Source of the DNA: an uncultured Erysipelotrichaceae bacterium
Lineage (GTDB): Bacteria; Bacillota_I; Bacilli_A; Erysipelotrichales; Erysipelotrichaceae
Reading direction: 5' to 3'
NCBI GenBank assembly: GCA_964401865.1
Contig: CAYNZZ010000006.1
Coordinates: 41,870-73,869 of the forward strand
Length of the DNA stretch: 32,000 nucleotides
Part shown: positions 17,629-26,729 of the stretch, one piece after another
Layout of the letters: each line of letters starts with the position of its first letter
How positions within the stretch are numbered: the first letter of the stretch is position 1
Program-made: the position numbers and the translations under genes
The notes under the pieces: generated by a model
Database searches by the model: none
What the model saw: the letters and a program-made list of their open reading frames with translations, nothing else
What the model was told of the DNA's origin: nothing

Positions 17629-19211
17629 TAATACCCCCTTACTAACTCAAGCAGATAATACTTAGCCCTTGTGTAGGCTATGTAATTCATGTTATCGGTT
17701 GTACTTGGTGAATGTATATATACAACCATATCTGCTTCCAATCCTTTATATTCAAGAATTGATGCAACCCTGATTTCAGAACCAGAGGAAATTTTGTCAC
17801 CAACGAAAGACCATTTCGCAATGCCGTTCTTGTATTGTTCCATAAATTCTTCCTTATTATCAACAATCAAAATCATAGAAGAATTAGGCAAATGCTCATC
17901 GTCAATATACCTTTTAAACAGGATTTCTAAACGTTGAGTCATTAAATTATGACTGTTGATGGTTTCTGTTTGTGGTGTAGGACCTTCTACAGGGTTTGAT
18001 ACCATATCAGTACCTAAATTTGTTTTCTCTGCTGTCCAATTATAAATGTTGGATGTATTTCGTATATTTTCGTGAAGAAGGAATGGGGGAGTAGAAATTC
18101 CAAAACCCTCACCAAAACTATCCTGTCTTAATATCTGAACATCATCATAAAAAACTCCAAGAATAGATTTTTCACTATCTTTAAGAAGATGTTTTATTGT
18201 CTTTGCGCATTCTTCAGAAAAGTCCTGAGCCTCATCAACAAATATTGCATCGTATTTATTTAGGTCATTTTTTAGATTGCTATAAACCCCAATATAATAC
18301 GGGCCTTGCAGCATCTCAAAATCAGTTATTATTTCTTCAAATAACGACCTTATATCTCTTACCTCAACGCTATTCTCTGTTATTTCTCTTAAATATTCCG
18401 CAAGACATTTCGAAGCGCATAAGAAAAGTGTCTTTTTTCCAAAAGAAGCCTCTTTTTCGGCCATTTTCTTAGCAATCCATGTTTTCCCGGTTCCAGCTCC
18501 ACCTTTCATATAAAATTGGCGAATATTTTGGAGCAAATATACATAATTGTCTTGGACTCTATTTATTACGTTAAGTTGTTGGTCTTTGTATTGTACTAAA
18601 GCTCCTGCAGCAGCACTTATGGCCAATCGTTCTCTTACTAGTTCAAGAAAGGTTTTGTGTTGATTTGCAGGATAATACCAGCCGTATGGTTTCTTGTTGT
18701 AGAATTTAAAAATTCTTTTTATCTTACTGTAAAGGTTGTTTAAATCGTGTTGATCGATTGTAATCTCACGATGTCTATTATCTATTGCGTCTTCTTCGCC
18801 AATAGCGTGAAAAGGAAAGACCGCTGCAGCACCAAAAATGCCAGGGTAATCAATATAATTACGATTAGAATACTGATTTTTGAAATAATACATGCTTTCT
18901 TCTGCTTGATCATATGGAGATCTGTGTAGCTTTCTATCTCCATGAAGAGTATCCCCCACATACCAGACATTGTCTTTAATTGATAAATTACTGCCCCCCT
19001 TGACCTCTAAACAAAGAAAACCATATTCCGACGAAGTCACAACAAAATCCGATTCTGACTTAACAATCTTTCCATCTTTAATATCCGTCCATTTAACCGA
19101 ATAAAAAACTTCAAAAGAATCTGGCAATTGATTTTTCAATTCATAGTAAACTAATCTTTCCGAATCGGTTGGCATGTATTCTGCAATACTTTTGGGATAC
19201 ATAATAGCCAT
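17628..19211 (-). CDS. NERD nuclease-related domain fused to an SF1 (UvrD-like) helicase/ATPase
   Basis: NERD core SESDFVVTSSEYGFLCLEVKGG (D-x13-E-V-K, 19049..18999). Walker A GGAGTGKT, Walker B FVDEAQDF, and C-terminal EYKGLEADMVVYI plus AYTRAKYYL. Confidence 0.8.
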   Translation of the reverse strand: MAIMYPKSIAEYMPTDSERLVYYELKNQLPDSFEVFYSVKWTDIKDGKIVKSESDFVVTSSEYGFLCLEVKGGSNLSIKDNVWYVGDTLHGDRKLHRSPYDQAEESMYYFKNQYSNRNYIDYPGIFGAAAVFPFHAIGEEDAIDNRHREITIDQHDLNNLYSKIKRIFKFYNKKPYGWYYPANQHKTFLELVRERLAISAAAGALVQYKDQQLNVINRVQDNYVYLLQNIRQFYMKGGAGTGKTWIAKKMAEKEASFGKKTLFLCASKCLAEYLREITENSVEVRDIRSLFEEIITDFEMLQGPYYIGVYSNLKNDLNKYDAIFVDEAQDFSEECAKTIKHLLKDSEKSILGVFYDDVQILRQDSFGEGFGISTPPFLLHENIRNTSNIYNWTAEKTNLGTDMVSNPVEGPTPQTETINSHNLMTQRLEILFKRYIDDEHLPNSSMILIVDNKEEFMEQYKNGIAKWSFVGDKISSGSEIRVASILEYKGLEADMVVYIHSPSTTDNMNYIAYTRAKYYLLELVRGY

Positions 19212-19213
19212 AT

Positions 19214-21118
19214 TTACATCTCCCAGAAGCCAACTTTTATTTCTTTGGCTCCATCAATTGAATATAGATACTTTCTACCTAGTTCCAGATTAAAATGGTT
19301 ACATGAGATTTCAGGGAGAATAAGGCATGCGCTACATGCAGTATCGTCTCTTTCTGTGCAAATAGGATCAAAAACACAGTTCTTTGATTCGTCAAATGTT
19401 TTCTTTAAGTAATATAAATATCTCGATTCCGCCATGCCAGATAATGCACCTAATGGGATACCTTGGCTTGTCTGTGCATAAATAAAGATGCTAGCAGTTT
19501 CTACAATTATTATTTCGGTTAATGAATTGCTAGACAAACCACTTATTTCACCTGCAGATTCGATAAACGCATGTGACATAGAATGTAAAAGCGAATAAAC
19601 GTTTTTTGTAATTTCCTCGCTGTTATCGATGCTGCCAAACATCGGAATAGCATCACTATGAACATATTCTGCAAACCATTTCTTTACAGAGATTTCGTCA
19701 TCTAGATCTGGTACCATTTCTTCTCTGATGACACCATTTGCTAATAACCATTCAATGATTTTCCTTTGGTCAATCTCAAATAAAATACCTTCAGTATCTA
19801 ACCTAGAGCCAAAAACTAGATTAGTGTTTGAATTCTTGCTCCTGTCATATGCGTTTAGTTTCAACCTACAATTTTTATTAGTAGAATTGCTAGGATCAAC
19901 TGATCTTCTAGTATATCCATACGTACAATTTACGATTTGTGAGTCACAGGTAACTTGCATATTCTTGATACCAAGTTTTTTATTCATATCATACACTTCA
20001 TCCACAGAATCAATGAATTCCATATCCAATTGTCTCTGGATGGAGTCCTCTAAAGTGATGACTCGTTTAGCATCTTTTATCGTGTTGTATTGCATCAACT
20101 TAAAAGAGAAATTATTGATCCATTCATTATATGCGTTCGGATCATCTGATTTTCTTTTAGAAAATAGTTCATCACATGCAGTGACATAACGTTCAACACC
20201 TTTATCATTGGATTTGGTTTTCATTATCTGTGCAACCGTTTCATCAAATTTCTCAGGTGCAATAAGTCCAATAGCGATCAACCCATTAGCTTGATTTTCA
20301 GCCTCTTTTCTTACTGACTCGTCTTTATATTCGTCGCTAAAAGCAAGCTCAACATTATTTAATATGAAATCAAAATTTGATGGCGTAATTTTGTCGAACC
20401 ATTTAGATACTAAAACTTTTTGGGCGTCTAATCCTTTTTCATAAAACTTTCCACTTTGTGTATCAACTAGATTAATAATTCTTAATGTGAATGGTTTGTA
20501 ATTCTTTCCTGAGCTAGCATTATCTGGACGTAGATGTGAATTACAATTCGGACAAACTTGGATAAATTCAGCTGTTTTTTCACTATTCCCATTTCTATAT
20601 ATCATCTTATATGGGTTATCATTTGGACGATATTTGAAATCTTTGACATTTTTAACATAGGGAATCTTGATTGGCTGGGCATAGCCACATTCGCATGTAT
20701 AAATCATCTGTAGCTGCTTAACAGAATTCTTTTTGCATTCTGGACATCTCCATGTATATTTATCAACAGCGCCTGCACTTTTCTTTTCAAACGCGGTTCC
20801 GCATGAACCGCAATAAAAAACCAAAGGCGAAATTTCTCCCATAATATCTGGAGTGTTTTCAATACAAGCGGTCTCTACTATTTCAAATGATGGGGTGTTT
20901 TCTTGCAAATTGAATGCGGATATATCACCATTTCTATTCTCAAACAATCTTATTTGTCGCTTGATTTCACTGTCTATGAACTTGTCGTAAATGCCTTCCA
21001 TCTTTCTATAATTCCAATTTTTGATCTTGGCAGTTACCACTTCACTTGTATCATTCCTCTCAGAGATCCACATTTCCGGAAGGAATCTATATACTGCCTG
21101 ATTTTTGCTTCTTTTCAT
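19214..21118 (-). CDS. DUF1998-like zinc-ribbon protein (DrmB-like)
   Basis: C-terminal cluster C-x5-C-x7-CSAC-x7-C-N..L.L.R (19378..19301) fits the DUF1998 pattern as I recall it from MrfA/DrmB. There are extra CxxC ribbons (CGSCG...CPECK, CPNCN). Length is 634 aa. It sits directly downstream of an SF2 helicase. Confidence 0.65.
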   Translation of the reverse strand: MKRSKNQAVYRFLPEMWISERNDTSEVVTAKIKNWNYRKMEGIYDKFIDSEIKRQIRLFENRNGDISAFNLQENTPSFEIVETACIENTPDIMGEISPLVFYCGSCGTAFEKKSAGAVDKYTWRCPECKKNSVKQLQMIYTCECGYAQPIKIPYVKNVKDFKYRPNDNPYKMIYRNGNSEKTAEFIQVCPNCNSHLRPDNASSGKNYKPFTLRIINLVDTQSGKFYEKGLDAQKVLVSKWFDKITPSNFDFILNNVELAFSDEYKDESVRKEAENQANGLIAIGLIAPEKFDETVAQIMKTKSNDKGVERYVTACDELFSKRKSDDPNAYNEWINNFSFKLMQYNTIKDAKRVITLEDSIQRQLDMEFIDSVDEVYDMNKKLGIKNMQVTCDSQIVNCTYGYTRRSVDPSNSTNKNCRLKLNAYDRSKNSNTNLVFGSRLDTEGILFEIDQRKIIEWLLANGVIREEMVPDLDDEISVKKWFAEYVHSDAIPMFGSIDNSEEITKNVYSLLHSMSHAFIESAGEISGLSSNSLTEIIIVETASIFIYAQTSQGIPLGALSGMAESRYLYYLKKTFDESKNCVFDPICTERDDTACSACLILPEISCNHFNLELGRKYLYSIDGAKEIKVGFWEM

Positions 21119-21128
21119 GTACCTCTCC

Positions 21129-24100
21129 TTAATTTATTTTTATTTCAATCTGTTCTTCTGTGTCTCTCAAACTTCTCATTGGTTTCTTATTGCCTTTTGA
21201 GAATTTTGCGATTACATCTGATAGGAACTCATCTTTAGTGAAATTTCCTGTCTGAATACCAGTAAGAATATTAGTCGCTTCTTCATTAATTATTTCTGCA
21301 TAAGCAATAGACAATTTTTCCTGGCTATTACATCCATAAATTCCAATTAACTTTTCAACCACATCATCAACTCTGATTTTTCCATCGGCAAGTAACTTCT
21401 TGACTTTTGTTGCAAAGTATAAATTATCTTCGCCAGTCAAAACCGTATAATACTGCATCAATAAACCAGATAATAGGCCCGGCAATGTACTGTAAATAGC
21501 ATTTTTTGCCCATCTATTAATCGGAACTGACTCTACTAAATCATCTTTATTCTGGTGGAACACGACGAAATTCTTGAGGTATGACCTATCTCTTACTCTC
21601 ATTAGTCTGATGATATCTATAACAATTCCGGTGTACTTTCTGCCAGTTCTTGAATACGCCTGGATATACTCGGCATTATTATTTGGCATTCCAAAGAAAT
21701 ACATAATGTTAAAAGAATCTTCATCAACACCATGCGAAATAGTGCTTGTTGCCAACAACAAATTGGTGCTTTCAACATTCTTTCGATTAGCTTGAATATT
21801 AAACAGCGTTTGTCGAACAGATTGGAAGTCCGTGTCACTTGTCATCTGACTAATTACAAATTTAGGAACATTTTTGGCCTCTAGGAAGTTATTGCCCTGA
21901 TTCTGAAATGCATTTTCCAATTCCATGGCATCTTGTTTCCTGTTGTTATAAACAAGCTCAATCCAGTAATCAAACAGCTTTTCTTTAAGTTCTTCTTCTG
22001 AACCATTAAATCCTTTTTCCTGTAAATCTTTTAATACAGAATTTGTATTCTTCATCATGTAATGGATTAATAGCCTCATAAAATAAACCGATTCCCACAT
22101 TCCATCAGTGATTGAACGACCATATGGAGCATATCCTAACAAGATTCTTGAAATATCGTTTCCGTCGGTGTAGGAATAAAAATCTTCATCTGATTTTGTT
22201 GACGGATATTCACAAGGGAATCTTCTTCCCTGCATATGATACAGGTTGAGAATATGATCTTTGTACATGGAAATTGTTGCCGTAGCACCTATAAAACGAA
22301 TCTGTTTCTGTTGACTCTTAGGAACAAGATTTTTTGCATAATAACTCATAAATGACTCGTAATGCGAATCGAAAGTACCTAAGCTTTCCTTAACAAGATG
22401 CATTTCATCCTGAATAAATAATGTTGGAATAGGATCCTTTAGAACGCCCACATCTTCTAAGGCGTCTCTGTTTAAACAACTTGAGCACGTACATTTTCCA
22501 GTGGCAGAAAAGCCATGAATCTTACACTTTTTCTTTACTTGTCCAAAAAGCATTTTGAATTCATTGGTCGTGCCTAACATAGCCATCTTGTCAATCGTAC
22601 TAACCACAATAGATGGCAAATAACGATAGATTTCGCTATCCACAATAAGCAACGGTAACACTCCTGCTTTACAGTCAGGATTGTCACAAACATGTTCTAG
22701 TTTCCACGTACTCTTGTTAAATCGAACATTAACCATTTTTTTGCCACAGCACGGGCATGTATCGATAAATCTATAATATTCATTTAACGTATCTTGATCG
22801 CTCTCAAGAATTAAGTTTGTGTCTTTGCCAGCGCCTCTATCGCTTAATTTCTCATGTTCGTTAATTCTGTTTGGTGTGTTTTCTTTGCCCACAAAGAAAC
22901 CAACAGAAAATGGATTTGTCAGAGACAAATCGCTGTTATCCTTAACGATATTTGCTTTCATTACGATGTTTAATACTCTGTCTAACTGTTGAACCGCCAA
23001 TAAACGCAAAGGATACTTAAGAATTGCTGTGATTCCTTCGTCTTTGCCTCTTAAACGATCGAAGAACATAGCGAAAACGCTTATGCCCAAGAATGCCTCT
23101 GTCTTTCCGCCACCTGTTGGGAAATATAAAAGATTTGCGATTTCATTATCAGCTTCTTTTATAGTCGTATCATCTTTATATTCACTTCGTATGATTTCAC
23201 AAATCATCGATACTATAAATACTATCTGGAATAAACGCCATCCAACTATTGGCCTTTGATTATTGCCGAGCTTGGTCATAAAGGTTTGGTTGGTAAATAC
23301 AAACGCACGTTTTACATAATCTTTGTACTTAATCTGATCAATACCCTTTCTGAAACGTTTAATTTCTCTTTGGTATTCCTCTAACGACTCTTTGAACTTT
23401 GCTTTGGCTGCAGGCGATAATGTATGAGTATTCTTAAATTCTTTTTCACACTCGTTATAGTCAGATATCATCTCATCATATATAAAAGTCAAATTTGTAA
23501 CTGGATCTTCTATAAGTTTTTCGAACAGGACATACTTGTTTAAAGAATCTTTGGTTTTTAACCTCATCTGATAATACTTAGGAACATTATCTGTGCTGAT
23601 TGAATTACTCGCCTTGTCAAAAAATGCGGATGTATTCTCTGCAATAGCATAAACAGGATTTCTAGCTTTATAACTAGATTTAAAATAGTCTAACTCGATT
23701 TCGTTGAATATAATGCTGTCATTTCCGACAATTTTCATTCCAGCATTAAATACGCTAGGTAAATATCCAATATTCTTTCTGGAATCAATAGGCGTTTTAT
23801 TAACCATCTGTAAAAGGAATCTATATTTATCTCCTTCTTCAAAAAAAGTACAATAAATATCAATGGTCCACCTAGGACTAACTTTTTCATTTTTTATTGC
23901 GGTGCGAAGTTTGAATACTTCTTCACTCATCAAGTCACCAAAATGAACACGATCAGTCTGCATTATGCAAATTTCGTCGCTAATTTGATTGGATAGAGCC
24001 AGTAGTTTTTCAGTGATATTCGCCTCTAAATGAAATGATTTGTTTTTTAATTCTGCTAAATTAATCTCTATTCCGTCCCCCATTGTTTCTTCGATAGAGA

Positions 24101-24524
24101 TTTTTTTATACGTTAATGGTAAATAAAAGTATTCTTCTGGATAAACATCGGCTAATTGATTTATATCTTTATACTGAATATTATCCTTTTCAGTATATTT
24201 TTGAACAACAAAATCTATCGTTTTCTTATAATCTGGTTTGACAGTGTAGAAAAGAGAGCCTTTTGGAATAACTTTTAACACTCCGCTTTCATTTTTATTT
24301 ACCAAAAATGAAAGACTCATTGATGGCACACTTTCGAAACGAGTGTTGTTGTTTTCGACATATCCTCCAGAAAAACTTTCATCTACCCTGTTTTCTGCTA
24401 GCATGCCTACCATGACTCTCTTTTCAAGATCATCATCAACGAAAGTGCCATTAATGTCATCACCAGATACTCTCTCTATGTATTTAGAAACAATATAATC
24501 CGCTAATATTGCATAATCATTCAT
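21129..24524 (-). CDS. large SF2 DExH helicase (DrmA-like), 1131 aa
   Basis: Motif I FPTGGGKTEAF (23114..23100). Motif Ia YPLRLLAVQQ. Motif II IQDEMH (22409..22398). Motif III GATAT. Motifs V and VI are ATSTISHGVD and QAYSRTGR. Inserted Cys ribbons CPCCGKK...CDNPDCK. The N-terminal ~460 aa are unassigned. Confidence 0.75.
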   Translation of the reverse strand: MNDYAILADYIVSKYIERVSGDDINGTFVDDDLEKRVMVGMLAENRVDESFSGGYVENNNTRFESVPSMSLSFLVNKNESGVLKVIPKGSLFYTVKPDYKKTIDFVVQKYTEKDNIQYKDINQLADVYPEEYFYLPLTYKKISIEETMGDGIEINLAELKNKSFHLEANITEKLLALSNQISDEICIMQTDRVHFGDLMSEEVFKLRTAIKNEKVSPRWTIDIYCTFFEEGDKYRFLLQMVNKTPIDSRKNIGYLPSVFNAGMKIVGNDSIIFNEIELDYFKSSYKARNPVYAIAENTSAFFDKASNSISTDNVPKYYQMRLKTKDSLNKYVLFEKLIEDPVTNLTFIYDEMISDYNECEKEFKNTHTLSPAAKAKFKESLEEYQREIKRFRKGIDQIKYKDYVKRAFVFTNQTFMTKLGNNQRPIVGWRLFQIVFIVSMICEIIRSEYKDDTTIKEADNEIANLLYFPTGGGKTEAFLGISVFAMFFDRLRGKDEGITAILKYPLRLLAVQQLDRVLNIVMKANIVKDNSDLSLTNPFSVGFFVGKENTPNRINEHEKLSDRGAGKDTNLILESDQDTLNEYYRFIDTCPCCGKKMVNVRFNKSTWKLEHVCDNPDCKAGVLPLLIVDSEIYRYLPSIVVSTIDKMAMLGTTNEFKMLFGQVKKKCKIHGFSATGKCTCSSCLNRDALEDVGVLKDPIPTLFIQDEMHLVKESLGTFDSHYESFMSYYAKNLVPKSQQKQIRFIGATATISMYKDHILNLYHMQGRRFPCEYPSTKSDEDFYSYTDGNDISRILLGYAPYGRSITDGMWESVYFMRLLIHYMMKNTNSVLKDLQEKGFNGSEEELKEKLFDYWIELVYNNRKQDAMELENAFQNQGNNFLEAKNVPKFVISQMTSDTDFQSVRQTLFNIQANRKNVESTNLLLATSTISHGVDEDSFNIMYFFGMPNNNAEYIQAYSRTGRKYTGIVIDIIRLMRVRDRSYLKNFVVFHQNKDDLVESVPINRWAKNAIYSTLPGLLSGLLMQYYTVLTGEDNLYFATKVKKLLADGKIRVDDVVEKLIGIYGCNSQEKLSIAYAEIINEEATNILTGIQTGNFTKDEFLSDVIAKFSKGNKKPMRSLRDTEEQIEIKIN

Positions 24525-24536
24525 ATCTTCCCTCCG

Positions 24537-26480
24537 CTACTTTTTTAAAATCTCCTCCATTGGAGAACCTTCATCTAAATCGCTTAGCACATACAATACA
24601 TCCCTCGCTCTTGAACATGCTGTATACATCGATCTCATTTGACTTTGGAATTTTGATTGATATTCATCATCCATTTTTCGAATCGCTTCCCATGACTTAA
24701 TCTTTTTTTGTTTGCCCTCATCAGAGAATACAAAATTGTATGGATATAACCCCGCAAAAATTACCGCCTTAAAATCTAATCCAAGTGATGAATCTATTGT
24801 TGTGAGAACAACGCCGTTAGTGTCAGAAAATTTTTTCTTACCTGGCGCCTGCGTAATAATGGAGTAAGGTATTCCTTTTTCATTTAAAAGAGCTTCCATC
24901 CAGTTCATGAAAAAGTACATTACTCTTTTGTGCTGCTTGTATGGAAAAATAACAGCGATATCAGAATACGGAATCTTATGCTTATTGGTGATTTCTGTAA
25001 TTGCTGTAGCAACTTCCTGTTTTATATTGTTTCTGTCAATACCTGTTTTAATTTTTAAGGCCGTTGTCGGATTGCTGCCAATTTTGAACGTATTGTATTC
25101 ATATTCCATTGAATCAATTAGGCCTAACATGCTTAACCTTTTATTCATTAAACTCAACATAGATTTGATGTATTCACCAATAGCTTGACTATTACGATAA
25201 TTCTTTTCTATGTATTTAACTCTGCCTGTAAAATCTAGCTTTGTCCCAGCAATCTTTTTCCACGGGGCGTCCCCTTTTCTACTTAATGCTCTTACCGCTT
25301 GGTTCAAATCTCCAGCCATTAAAAATAAGCTGTCTTCTTCTTTTTCTAGTAATAGATAACAGAGTTCTAAGTATAAAGGGTCAAAGATTTGCACTTCATC
25401 AATCAAGATTGCCTTAAAACTCAATTGGATCTTTCCCAGCTTGACTGCTTCGATACACTTTTGTATTTCTTCCTCACTGGCGATGTTACTCTCTAAATTA
25501 ACCCCTAAACACTCCTGATAAATTTTCTTTACCAATTTATGGAATGTCATAATATACAAATTATTATTGTCTCCAAAATTTGCGCAACTTCTTTTGAATA
25601 GATATGAGTCTGCTAGATTATTGTTGTAGCAAGTTAATAGAACCCTTGATTCCTTATACATACTTGCGTATTTATACGCTTTTGAAAGAAGTAACACGCT
25701 CTTCCCTGCTCCTGGATTAGCCAGAATTACCCTGTGGCCTCTTCCCGTGTCGTTAACCTGCGAAACTTGGTATTCATCTAGAAAAAATGTTTTATACTCC
25801 AACTCTCTTCCGGTAATTTTTAATGCATCTTCAGATAGGAATCTTTTCTTGTTTTCAATCTTGGCATTTTCTAATTCAGTCATTACAACTGTATACTCTG
25901 GGGCTAAACGTTCAAAAATAGCCTTACATTCAAGCTCTGACAATGACGAAAAATCGCTATCATATCCTTTTCTAAAATTCGTAAATATTCTCAAATCTGC
26001 AAGAATCCGCGCCTTTCCTTTGATGTTGGTCGGTTGGAAGAATCCTAATGCTACAAAACCACTGAGATTCTCTTTTTGATCTTGCGATAACTTAATCGTT
26101 TCTAAACGTTCCTCAGGAAACAAAAAAATGTGCTTATATGGGAATTTTAAAGACTTATATTCACCTTGACGAACAATGAGCAATTTAGAGTCAAGCAGTC
26201 TTTCATAAATTTTATCTTCAACAAATTTGACACCTTGCTTGTACGCTTCGATATAATCAGGCGATAAATTCCCATTCTTTATTGAGAAGGTAACCAATCC
26301 TTCAGAAGTGGAAATGTAAAAGCCCATTTTTACATCTTTGCTGCTCATACCCAGCGGATCAATATCGACAGCAAAATGGCCACTTTTAAAATTAGCAGCC
26401 GCTTTTCTTAATAAAGCTTTTTCTGCTTTTGTAATGTGGTCTTTTCTTTCGTAATCTTGTGGCCATAATCGAACCGCCAT
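24537..26480 (-). CDS. SF1 (UvrD-like) helicase/ATPase with a degenerate NERD-like N-terminus
   Basis: Walker A NPGAGKSVLL, Walker B LIDEVQIFD, then NYRNS, SSLGLDFKAVIFAG and YTACSRARDVLYV. The start is moved from the TTG at 26489 to ATG 26480, which lies 9 nt after the AGGAG RBS. Confidence 0.75.
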   Translation of the reverse strand: MAVRLWPQDYERKDHITKAEKALLRKAAANFKSGHFAVDIDPLGMSSKDVKMGFYISTSEGLVTFSIKNGNLSPDYIEAYKQGVKFVEDKIYERLLDSKLLIVRQGEYKSLKFPYKHIFLFPEERLETIKLSQDQKENLSGFVALGFFQPTNIKGKARILADLRIFTNFRKGYDSDFSSLSELECKAIFERLAPEYTVVMTELENAKIENKKRFLSEDALKITGRELEYKTFFLDEYQVSQVNDTGRGHRVILANPGAGKSVLLLSKAYKYASMYKESRVLLTCYNNNLADSYLFKRSCANFGDNNNLYIMTFHKLVKKIYQECLGVNLESNIASEEEIQKCIEAVKLGKIQLSFKAILIDEVQIFDPLYLELCYLLLEKEEDSLFLMAGDLNQAVRALSRKGDAPWKKIAGTKLDFTGRVKYIEKNYRNSQAIGEYIKSMLSLMNKRLSMLGLIDSMEYEYNTFKIGSNPTTALKIKTGIDRNNIKQEVATAITEITNKHKIPYSDIAVIFPYKQHKRVMYFFMNWMEALLNEKGIPYSIITQAPGKKKFSDTNGVVLTTIDSSLGLDFKAVIFAGLYPYNFVFSDEGKQKKIKSWEAIRKMDDEYQSKFQSQMRSMYTACSRARDVLYVLSDLDEGSPMEEILKK

Positions 26481-26492
26481 ATCGCTCAACTC

Positions 26493-26696
26493 CTAACTAA
26501 AATTGATTTTCATAATGTCGTCAACCGAACAGTTGAGATATCGACAGATTCTAATAATTATCTCCATCGAAACAATCTCATTTTTACTAAGCTTTGCAAG
26601 AGTCGGAGCGCTTAATCTCACTCTCTTTGCAAATTCAGATTTCTTGATTTCCTTGTCAATTAGCAGTTTCCAAAGATTGTTATAACTAACATCCAT
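26493..26696 (-). CDS. XRE/Cro-type helix-turn-helix regulator, copy 1 (first gene of the operon)
   Basis: MDVSYNNLWKLLIDKEIKKSEFAKRVRLSAPTLAKLSKNEIVSMEIIIRICRYLNCSVDDIM. ATG 26696 follows a GGAGAG element and aligns with the MDV start of copy 2. The track start at 26708 is an alternative. Confidence 0.8.
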   Translation of the reverse strand: MDVSYNNLWKLLIDKEIKKSEFAKRVRLSAPTLAKLSKNEIVSMEIIIRICRYLNCSVDDIMKINFS

Positions 26697-26729
26697 ATTT
26701 CTCTCCATTGTTGTATTAATTCTAACACA

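Noticed and set aside
12520-25188. Numerous 60-150-aa plus-strand ORFs antisense to the island genes (e.g. 12520, 13038, 13217, 15430, 17689, 18197, 19728, 20903, 23029, 24907), and also 25747..26079 just beyond this range
   Set aside because: All are fully nested antisense to long, motif-bearing minus-strand genes. They lack RBSs and have hydrophobic or low-complexity translations.
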